From: a virus
Lineage: Duplodnaviria; Caudoviricetes
DNA: 64,000 nucleotides
IMG/VR virus record: IMGVR_UViG_3300031993_000012
Span: 64,001-128,000 of that record
Strand: one strand, 5' to 3'
Shown here: in pieces, positions 50,557 to 58,410 of the stretch
Layout of the letters: the number at the start of each line of letters is the position of its first letter
How positions within the stretch are numbered: position 1 is the first letter of the stretch
Program-made: the position numbers and the translations under genes
Notes under the pieces: generated by a model
The model's input: the letters and a program-made list of their open reading frames with translations, nothing else
Told to the model about the DNA's origin: nothing
Database searches by the model: none

Positions 50557-50848
50557 TAAAACATTAGAACAGCTTCAAAATCAACCGTATGAATTAAGAG
50601 TCGCATTATTTGCGACTCTATTTTATATGGTGGATAAAAGTAAAGCATCAATGCCGATCACATTCGAAACCATTCAAATGGCTGCACACATATGTGATAT
50701 TGATGCTGAACTCGGGGCTAGAATGATCAAGGATGGTAAATATAAAACCTTGATCGAAGGATTAAACATTCCACCAGAAACTCAGAAACTGATGACCTTA
50801 GCTGCCTTATCATTATTTCCAATGGATATTGGAGGTGATAAGGAATGA
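50549..50848 (+). CDS. hypothetical early protein
   Basis: overlapping operon gene. Confidence 0.65.
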   Translation: MDDKTLEQLQNQPYELRVALFATLFYMVDKSKASMPITFETIQMAAHICDIDAELGARMIKDGKYKTLIEGLNIPPETQKLMTLAALSLFPMDIGGDKE

Positions 50849-51048
50849 AGTTTTATATTTCATTCTGTGGTTTCGAACCGGGTGGAATTATCATGCCAGT
50901 TGAAGCACGACTTGCACGTGCTGATGATAATCCGGTTGGCATGTGGACATATATCATCGAATCAATCTCATTGCATCAAGCAATTGATATTGCGACGAAT
51001 ATGTATGTTACTGAATTGAATCAAATGTGGGAGGATAGGAATAAATGA
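50845..51048 (+). CDS. hypothetical early protein
   Basis: 67 aa, SD GGAGGTG, ATGA overlap. Confidence 0.65.
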   Translation: MKFYISFCGFEPGGIIMPVEARLARADDNPVGMWTYIIESISLHQAIDIATNMYVTELNQMWEDRNK

Positions 51049-51293
51049 AAATAAATACCGACAATGCTAAAACCACGGGTATTGTTTTAGAGTTGGACCA
51101 TGGAGATATGGATAAGCATTGGTATATTATCCAACAACTGTTGGCGATACCAAATTTAGCAGAGGTTCATTTCCATGGAATAGATGGACGTGAAGCAATG
51201 AAGATTAGAAATTGTATCTCCAGATTTGTGGAGATATCTGATTTTTATGATATGGATATCCAGATTCGCAGGAAAGAATTAAACAACGATTAA
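51045..51293 (+). CDS. hypothetical early protein
   Basis: 82 aa, SD GGAGG. Confidence 0.65.
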   Translation: MKINTDNAKTTGIVLELDHGDMDKHWYIIQQLLAIPNLAEVHFHGIDGREAMKIRNCISRFVEISDFYDMDIQIRRKELNND

Positions 51294-51297
51294 TATA

Positions 51298-51321
51298 TGT
51301 GCCCCCGTAATCGGGGGCATA
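51298..51321 (+). terminator. GC-rich hairpin
   Basis: tgtgccccc-gtaatc-gggggcata. Confidence 0.55.
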
Positions 51322-51335
51322 CACATATTAACACC

Positions 51336-51541
51336 ATATGAAAGATAGACAAATATTTTTTGAAAGGAAGTGTTTCCATGGAAGAAATCATTATAATTAA
51401 TGATTCTACTACTTCGCCAGAAGAGTTAGAAGATAACATCCGTGTGTGGTTAGGTTAACCAATGAACGGATACGAAAAAACTTCACAATTCATTGAGAAT
51501 TGGTCATACGTTATAAACCCATTCATGTCTATCTTTCATAT
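51336..51541 (+). ncRNA. structured peptide-coding RNA element, copy 2
   Basis: perfect 16-bp terminal inverted repeat atatgaaagatagaca / tgtctatctttcatat; conserved 3' block. Confidence 0.6.
51378..51458 (+). CDS. 26-aa peptide MEEIIIINDSTTSPEELEDNIRVWLG
   Basis: SD AAAGGAAG; paralog of 34351..34431. Confidence 0.8.
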   Translation: MEEIIIINDSTTSPEELEDNIRVWLG

Positions 51542-51568
51542 ATAAATGAGTTGTGCTTTTTCGTATTA

Positions 51569-53767
51569 TTATACAAATGATTCTGTGACAGTAACATTAC
51601 CTTGATTGATGATATCTTGGATATGAGCATCAACATCATCTGCACGACCTGGGTCGTATGTTGTATTAACCTTTTCATTCTCGATATCAGTTGCTGTCAT
51701 TGACGAGAAATTGTCTTTAATCCATGTAAGATATTTTCTTGTTGCTGGATCAAGATGTTTTTCTTTAAGTGCATTCTCTGCCAATTTAGCAGCAGCGTGA
51801 TTACGTTCTGAATTGGTTGGATATGTGGAGAACATCAATGTGTGAAGTTCTTTCTCCAGAGCAGCCAATGCATTAAGTTTCTGGGTATTACCAACCGTAT
51901 TCGGAGTAAAGTTATTGCTCTTGCTTGTCATGGATTTGATATAGAATACTACAGGGAAATTGTATATACCTGCAAACATATCACACCATGATTCTTCGAA
52001 TGCTTTACCCTTCATATATTCGGCTTCGACTTTGCGATATGTTTTATCGAATGATTTGTTTAATGCATATTGTAAGAAATATGTAAATGTTGACATACTA
52101 AATACTACAGCACCGAAAGCACCTAGACCGGCCACCGTGGGTGCTGCTGATGAAAGACTAATGGCGTATGTTCCAAAACTCATGCCGCTAAGCATTGACG
52201 ATACAAACATTGCAATGCAAGGAGTTTTGTAATCACGATAACGTTTTTGTTCTTTTTTCTTTTTGTCAATGTATGCGGAATATACGAGAATTGTTTTATC
52301 GATTTCATCCTCGGTTTTGATATTGGATGTTTTATCAATAACACTCTTGATATCATTCGGATTATGTAATGATGATATGAGCATCATTTGTTTGATAAAC
52401 ACTTTACGTTTGATTGGATTCTCAACATCGAATATTCCCATATTCTTGATTGCATCACAATACTTGTTCATGATTTCACGTTTACGTTTTGCAGAACGAC
52501 ACGAAACCATCATGGCCATTGTTGTTGCAGTATTAATAATGAATGAATCGGTTTTTGCACGAATCATGTTTGCGATATTATGGAATATCTCATGTAATGA
52601 TACTGCAACAAATGCTTGACCAAACATGGATGGATCTGCGGGTGCATCAGAGAATAATCCATATTCATCAACGACAATAAATATTCCTGCACCATGAAGC
52701 TGGAATCCTTTTGATTTGGATATTGTCAATTGATGTGCATATGTTTCATCTGGATCATATGTGAGTGTACCGGCGTTCTCATATCCTTCATTGTTCTTGA
52801 TGAACTTATATGCGATATGGCAATCGAATTGTTCTTCTAATTCTTTAACGCCTTTATTGTAATTGGGACTGTTAACGAATTTCTGAATATTGATGTCTTT
52901 GGCAAACTTAACCTCTTTCTGTTCAGCACGTGCAGCATTGAAATACTTAACGGCTTTGAGAATGTGTTTGTTATCAAACTTCATGTGTTTGATGTCCTCA
53001 GGTTTTATTTGCCTCGCAGAAACTTTTTTTTTGGACTTCGATTCCTGAATGTATTGATCATTCGGGAATAATTTGAAACCCATTTCTGTGAATATATCAT
53101 ATCCAAGATGTGTTGAATTATTGTATTCTGTAACGAGATCCAATAACTCGGCGGATTCACCAACTGCGTTTGATACGTCGGTTTCTGTATCAGATGATGG
53201 TGCTTCTGCTGATGAATCTTCACCGGCACCATTTGATATATCATCAGCATCGGTGAAATATGTTGACTTTGGTTTCTCTTGAACGAGTTCTTTCTTTTCC
53301 GGAATAACACCATTACGTTTTAACTCTGCGACTTTTAACAACGCAGAACGTGTCATTGGTCGATCAACAATACCTGAATCATATACGAGTATTTCGTCAC
53401 CTTCATCGGTAACATGACGTGAAATGACTGTACCTTTATTTGGGTCACTGGAAGCAACTGCTTCATCGAGTTTGGATTTCTCCATTGCATCATGCTGATA
53501 TGTTGAAAGTTTATCATCGATGCGTTGTGAAATGTAATCAAGAACCGAACCAATTGCACATACAACAGATTGTGTATTTGCGAGTGCATTCTTACGGTTT
53601 GGCGCAATGATTGTATCATTTACAACTTTGATTGTTTGCTGTGAATCATCTTGGAGAATGTGTGATGGTGGAATACAATACATTGCTCCAACTGCTTCTA
53701 ATGCTGTGATGAGATCCGGTGATTCACTGATAACTCTTTCGATTTCTTTTCTATTGAATTTTGGCAT
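51569..53767 (-). CDS. virion protein with zinc metallopeptidase (HExxH) domain
   Basis: SLHEIFHN...EESWCDMFA...TYPTNSER (M48-like spacing); two hydrophobic helices; YIQES, TVTES motifs. Confidence 0.6.
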   Translation of the reverse strand: MPKFNRKEIERVISESPDLITALEAVGAMYCIPPSHILQDDSQQTIKVVNDTIIAPNRKNALANTQSVVCAIGSVLDYISQRIDDKLSTYQHDAMEKSKLDEAVASSDPNKGTVISRHVTDEGDEILVYDSGIVDRPMTRSALLKVAELKRNGVIPEKKELVQEKPKSTYFTDADDISNGAGEDSSAEAPSSDTETDVSNAVGESAELLDLVTEYNNSTHLGYDIFTEMGFKLFPNDQYIQESKSKKKVSARQIKPEDIKHMKFDNKHILKAVKYFNAARAEQKEVKFAKDINIQKFVNSPNYNKGVKELEEQFDCHIAYKFIKNNEGYENAGTLTYDPDETYAHQLTISKSKGFQLHGAGIFIVVDEYGLFSDAPADPSMFGQAFVAVSLHEIFHNIANMIRAKTDSFIINTATTMAMMVSCRSAKRKREIMNKYCDAIKNMGIFDVENPIKRKVFIKQMMLISSLHNPNDIKSVIDKTSNIKTEDEIDKTILVYSAYIDKKKKEQKRYRDYKTPCIAMFVSSMLSGMSFGTYAISLSSAAPTVAGLGAFGAVVFSMSTFTYFLQYALNKSFDKTYRKVEAEYMKGKAFEESWCDMFAGIYNFPVVFYIKSMTSKSNNFTPNTVGNTQKLNALAALEKELHTLMFSTYPTNSERNHAAAKLAENALKEKHLDPATRKYLTWIKDNFSSMTATDIENEKVNTTYDPGRADDVDAHIQDIINQGNVTVTESFV

Positions 53768-53781
53768 ATTATTTCACCTCC

Positions 53782-56700
53782 TTATGATGCATTATTGGTA
53801 TTGGTTGCTGTTGCTGGTGTATTCTGATTGTTGTTCGGAACTTCCTGTTTGTATGCTTGAACGATATCACGGTATACATTATAAGAATCCTTATAGAATT
53901 TATTAATCAGAGTATTAGTGGTACGAACTGCAAATATCTCTGCTAATTTCTTTACAACCTCATATACATCCTTGACAACATTGGTTGTATTGTTGTTATT
54001 TTGGTCGGATTGTTGTTGACCATTTTGCTGATTATTATTTTTATTCGCATCAGCGGGTGCTGGTGGTGTTGAAGGATTTGATGCTGTATTATTTGCATTT
54101 GGGTTATGTGGTTTAACTTGAACTTTCACACCATCTTCAGCATAGAAATTACCATCAACTGAATCAACAAATGATTCTTTTACAGTTGTTTGATCAACTT
54201 TCTGTTTGAGTGCATTCGCTGCGTCACTGAGTTGTTTTGAAATACTGCTGAAATTCTTCAAAGCATTCGTTGATTCTGTTATATTCTTACACAGATCCAA
54301 GAAGTCTTTACCTTTAACCGGCGTAGGAGTTTGATCCGGTTGTGCATCGACATTACCGTACAATACCCAGTTCTGAACTTTCAGATCAGTACTTTCGTTA
54401 CTGTCAAATGTAATCTTATCCTTTAATCCGTCAGGAAGTAATTCCTTAAACAATGCATTCTTATCAACTGACTGCTGATTACATGCTGCTTCAATTTTAT
54501 CTTTATAATTATGGATATTTGTCAATGCCTGAATATTAACATTGTATTTCGGGAAATTATTTACGGTGATATTCAGATTACCGCTGTCCAAAGATTGTGC
54601 AACCTGTTGATTGGTATTGTCGTTCTTTTCAACCCATGCAATTTCCAGACGATGTTTTTCAGCAAACTTTGTTGATACTTTCGCCAGATTGTCAGCACAC
54701 CAACGAACGAATTTCGATATTAAATTACCAAGTTGCAATTTAATGTTTTTCGCACCATTGACAATCTTACTATCGGATTTACGTGTAACATTGACTGTTG
54801 GTTTTGCATTTGCGGTATTATTCGTATTTGGTGTTTCTTCTTCCTGAACGAAGTATTCCACGTACATATATCCCGGTGCCATGGTATCCATCATTGTATC
54901 GGAATTATCAATAACACGTGTATTGTTATGATACAATTTCAGTATGCAACGAGTTTCAATCTCTCCAAGAACAGCCAATACATCTTTGACCATTTCATAG
55001 TTACATACTTCACCGTGACAATATGAATTTATAATACCGAGCATTACATTACCAACTGCGATAATGTGATTTGCAACTTCTTCATTTGATACCAAATGTT
55101 TATCACCGTATATATGATAAATAGTATCCAGTGTATTCAGAATTGGATGTACATTCTGATTACCGGGATTATCACGACGATAATTGGAATCATATGCCGG
55201 AGAACCATAAACGATTTTGTCCAACCAATCAACATCAGTGTGGAAATCGTTTAATCTGTACATATCTTCGAATATACGTTCACCGGTTTTATTATTGAAC
55301 CAACTATTATTGGAATCATGTCGTGGTTCATCATATTTGAATATCATGTTTGTTACCATACTTGCATCCGGTAAACATACATTATTCAATGTAACATACT
55401 TCGTGAGTAATTGTGCAATTGGTGATTTTGGATTCTTGATTACGTAATAAAGAGCTGCTTTTACATCGGTGAAACGTGGTGTCATATCACCAAGTACGAG
55501 TTCACGGAAATTGATACTGAATGGAATCTTCGAACGGAATATTGTATCATCCGTTTTAAGTAAACAACACTCGGTTACGAATGATTCATATGTAACTGAT
55601 GCTTTCTCCGATGTGAATGCTTTTAACTTTTTCTTTACATTCGACGGTGAATAATTATTGGAATCTCCATAGAATACATTAACCACTTTATTGGTATCAG
55701 CATCATCTAAGATAGTTTGGAAGTCACCTGGATTCGGCGAATTCTTTCCTGTCAGATTTACACCAACCTGTTTGAGTACGGTATCAACAAATGTTGAACA
55801 TATACGACGATACTTATCTTCACTGGGGGTTTTATCTTTACTGAATAATTGAGATAACATTGCACCCCAATCGAATTTGGTTTTCATTCCTAAGTAACCT
55901 TCGATGTATTTCTCCATTTCGGATACTGCTTTCGATGGAAGATAAATTGCATACACACCGATGTTGACATGTTTACCGCGGAATAAACGTTCATCGATAT
56001 CTTCGTATTTGAAACCGAACTTCACATTGTTCATGGTTCCATCGGGATTGAGTGATGGTCTACCATATGACCACATACGTTTCAAATTCGGATCAAATGA
56101 AATTGATGCATGTGAGAAATTACTTTTGGTTTTTGCACGAATTGCATTTGACAGAAGTGGTGTTTTACCCTCAGACAATACAATGAATACGGGCTTGTTT
56201 TTGGTTGTATTAACCGATTCCTGGTGAACTTGGTTATCACCGTCACCGAGTTCCTTGGTATTGTAACTTACATGAGGATCAACATAATTTGTCATGCCGA
56301 CGATTGTACATGTATTCAACAATATTGCGAACATGATGAAACCTTCGATTGCATTGGTGAATGTTTCACTGAGCAACGGACGATACTGTTGCCAAATGGA
56401 ATCTGAACGATCAATCAAACCCGGTAATGCACTTACAATGTTCTTCATTACACCGGAGAAATGCAGATCATTTACCTTACGAAGATCCTCTTTGACATTC
56501 ATCTTTTGAACACCGATTTCGTAATTGGATTTCAACGATGTTGGGAATACTTCATTATGTGCAATCTGCAATAAGTCAGTAAGAGTAAAATCGCGTGGAT
56601 TGATATACGTACCGGAGAATGCTCCAAGAACATTTGTGTCATCAAACGGTGTATCATCATGATCTGAGATAAAACGATATGCAGACTCAACCGAGAATTT

Positions 56701-56973
56701 CTGGATATCATCAATGTTGTACTGAAGCATACCAATACGGAATGCTTTTATCAAGTTTGATACATATGTAGAAATATCATTCGGTGTTATGAGTCTAACT
56801 GAATACTTATTACTGCAATAACCATAGTCACAGTTGGTTGCTGAATGTACAGAATCATTGAGCTTATCAAGAGCCATCTGATACAGCTTCATACTTGTTT
56901 CAAACTTCTCTTTGAAATGCGGAGTGAACTTGAAAGGTATTTTACCAGTCTGCTTTTCAGTAGTTATATTCAT
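53782..56973 (-). CDS. internal head polyprotein with permuted papain-like (YaeF/YiiX-type NlpC/P60) domain
   Basis: SNAIRAKTKSNFSHASI...KFD...ICSTFVD.VLKQ.G...PGDF; VHQES, TYESF, FVQEE, VKESF motifs. Confidence 0.6.
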   Translation of the reverse strand: MNITTEKQTGKIPFKFTPHFKEKFETSMKLYQMALDKLNDSVHSATNCDYGYCSNKYSVRLITPNDISTYVSNLIKAFRIGMLQYNIDDIQKFSVESAYRFISDHDDTPFDDTNVLGAFSGTYINPRDFTLTDLLQIAHNEVFPTSLKSNYEIGVQKMNVKEDLRKVNDLHFSGVMKNIVSALPGLIDRSDSIWQQYRPLLSETFTNAIEGFIMFAILLNTCTIVGMTNYVDPHVSYNTKELGDGDNQVHQESVNTTKNKPVFIVLSEGKTPLLSNAIRAKTKSNFSHASISFDPNLKRMWSYGRPSLNPDGTMNNVKFGFKYEDIDERLFRGKHVNIGVYAIYLPSKAVSEMEKYIEGYLGMKTKFDWGAMLSQLFSKDKTPSEDKYRRICSTFVDTVLKQVGVNLTGKNSPNPGDFQTILDDADTNKVVNVFYGDSNNYSPSNVKKKLKAFTSEKASVTYESFVTECCLLKTDDTIFRSKIPFSINFRELVLGDMTPRFTDVKAALYYVIKNPKSPIAQLLTKYVTLNNVCLPDASMVTNMIFKYDEPRHDSNNSWFNNKTGERIFEDMYRLNDFHTDVDWLDKIVYGSPAYDSNYRRDNPGNQNVHPILNTLDTIYHIYGDKHLVSNEEVANHIIAVGNVMLGIINSYCHGEVCNYEMVKDVLAVLGEIETRCILKLYHNNTRVIDNSDTMMDTMAPGYMYVEYFVQEEETPNTNNTANAKPTVNVTRKSDSKIVNGAKNIKLQLGNLISKFVRWCADNLAKVSTKFAEKHRLEIAWVEKNDNTNQQVAQSLDSGNLNITVNNFPKYNVNIQALTNIHNYKDKIEAACNQQSVDKNALFKELLPDGLKDKITFDSNESTDLKVQNWVLYGNVDAQPDQTPTPVKGKDFLDLCKNITESTNALKNFSSISKQLSDAANALKQKVDQTTVKESFVDSVDGNFYAEDGVKVQVKPHNPNANNTASNPSTPPAPADANKNNNQQNGQQQSDQNNNNTTNVVKDVYEVVKKLAEIFAVRTTNTLINKFYKDSYNVYRDIVQAYKQEVPNNNQNTPATATNTNNAS

Positions 56974-57047
56974 TCATTATCATTCCTTCCTAAAAATATT
57001 AATCATTTATATTGAGTATACCATATATGTTCGTAGACCCAATGTAG

Positions 57048-57061
57048 ATTACATGCTGGTT
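57048..57061 (-). promoter_or_regulatory. late-type promoter motif
   Basis: minus strand AACC-AGCAT-GTAAT. Confidence 0.6.
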
Positions 57062-57092
57062 TTTCAAACCATCTAGAATTCTTAAATTCCAT

Positions 57093-57112
57093 ATATATAT
57101 TATTAATATGAA
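57093..57112 (+). promoter_or_regulatory. early-type promoter motif
   Basis: ATATATATTATT-AATA-TGAA. Confidence 0.5.
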
Positions 57113-57184
57113 GAAAGAGTAAAATATATTACTCTGGATTCACTCAAATATCAATCTATTTTCCATTATGAAAGGATGGTCATT

Positions 57185-57418
57185 ATGACAAGAAAAACAT
57201 TAGCTATGAACGGACTTATAGGCATCCGCACAGAGAACGGTGGGGTTCTCACAGGCACAAACGCTATGACGAAGGCTAGCGCTAAGGCACAGCGCACCTT
57301 CACTGGCTCGACAGTTACAGCCATCCGCGAGGACGGCTCAACATTTCAGACGACAAAGGCTCGTCTCCAGAAGGAAGCTGCTAAGCAGACCATTAAGAAC
57401 TTCATCGACAGATTCTAA
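57185..57418 (+). CDS. small basic early protein
   Basis: SD AAAGGATGG, monocistronic with own promoter motif and terminator, biased codon usage. Confidence 0.7.
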   Translation: MTRKTLAMNGLIGIRTENGGVLTGTNAMTKASAKAQRTFTGSTVTAIREDGSTFQTTKARLQKEAAKQTIKNFIDRF

Positions 57419-57486
57419 TCATCGATGAGACTCTCCCATCTCAACAGGGGTAGTATAAAAATAATACTGTAATGATCAAACGAATA

Positions 57487-57517
57487 AAAGCACATCCATC
57501 AAGGGTGTGCTTTTTTG
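57487..57517 (+). terminator. intrinsic terminator
   Basis: aaagcacatcc-atcaa-gggtgtgc followed by T tract. Confidence 0.7.
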
Positions 57518-57624
57518 TTTATTTTTTGAACGGACGATTAAGTCAGAAAATTTCCATTACCATCTTCATGATGGTCCTGACGAAATTATCTCCGTAATTA
57601 CAGCGTTTTAATTTGTTTAATGTA

Positions 57625-57646
57625 GACCCCGGGATATCCCGGGGTC
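57625..57646 (-). terminator. hairpin/terminator
   Basis: palindromic gaccccgggatatcccggggtc. Confidence 0.6.
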
Positions 57647-57653
57647 ATCATTT

Positions 57654-58397
57654 TTAATCTTCGGTAAATTGAGCACGTACCAATCCAGTATTGTAATATG
57701 CTTCTGATACAATATCAGTTTTTATTCCCATTGCCTTTAAGAATAAATCGGTTTTCAATAATGTCGGTTTATCGAGTGAATTCGTTTTGATATCTTTCAA
57801 TGAACAACTTCCAGATTCAGATATCTTCTCTAACATGTTTTCATATTCAACCATGTTATCTCCACGAACACCACATACTTCTGACAATACATTCTTTGCA
57901 CCAAGACCAATGAGAATCTCATTCTCAATACCAGAGAAAGTACCACCTTTAGATTCACCCTTTGCGATACCGGTAAGATCATCTCTATCAAGGTCATTAA
58001 TAACACCAGTTGATTTTTTAGTCTGGAGCTGTTGTACGGTTTTGACATTCAAATATCCAACCAATACCGGAGTTCTTGTGCGAACCGGACGATTTGGATT
58101 TGATGATACATGAGGAATATACACATACTCATATAAATCAAGACCCATTTGTTTTGCAGCTTTTTCTACGTTTTCATATTTGAGTGTTTTCGATTTATCG
58201 AATTCCTCAATATCTAAACGCATATTGGCTTTTGGATCTGCAAGAAATGCTGACATCCATTTGGAGAATTGAGCATCATTCATTTTAGAGAATATCGATT
58301 TATACTTTGCAGTATTTGCACCAGAAGGATCTAATGCATTCATAGTACGATAAACAAGTGTCTCAATTTGACCACGTTTATTTTTTATATCTGCCAT
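57654..58397 (-). CDS. phage multisubunit RNA polymerase, beta C-terminal fragment
   Basis: VLVGYLNVK..Q...K...T....KGG.FS.IE...L...GA...LSE...VRGD aligns by eye with RpoB VTVGYMYMLKL.H...K...TQQP..K...GGQRFGEME..L..YGA...LQE..TVKSDD. Confidence 0.75.
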   Translation of the reverse strand: MADIKNKRGQIETLVYRTMNALDPSGANTAKYKSIFSKMNDAQFSKWMSAFLADPKANMRLDIEEFDKSKTLKYENVEKAAKQMGLDLYEYVYIPHVSSNPNRPVRTRTPVLVGYLNVKTVQQLQTKKSTGVINDLDRDDLTGIAKGESKGGTFSGIENEILIGLGAKNVLSEVCGVRGDNMVEYENMLEKISESGSCSLKDIKTNSLDKPTLLKTDLFLKAMGIKTDIVSEAYYNTGLVRAQFTED

Positions 58398-58410
58398 TTA
58401 AATCACCTTA

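Noticed and set aside
34316-51541. Retron msr-msd, DGR template/variable repeat, or MITE explanation for the duplicated cassette
   Set aside because: No reverse transcriptase or transposase in the window, differences are not adenine-specific, and the terminal repeats differ between copies. A trans-acting RT elsewhere cannot be excluded.
57570-57605. Hammerhead ribozyme suggested by CTGACGA followed by a short stem
   Set aside because: The required GAAA after stem II is missing (ACAG instead).
57592-57610. Additional late promoter on the minus strand (AAACGCTGTAAT)
   Set aside because: Spacing between AACG and GTAAT is 2 nt, not 5.
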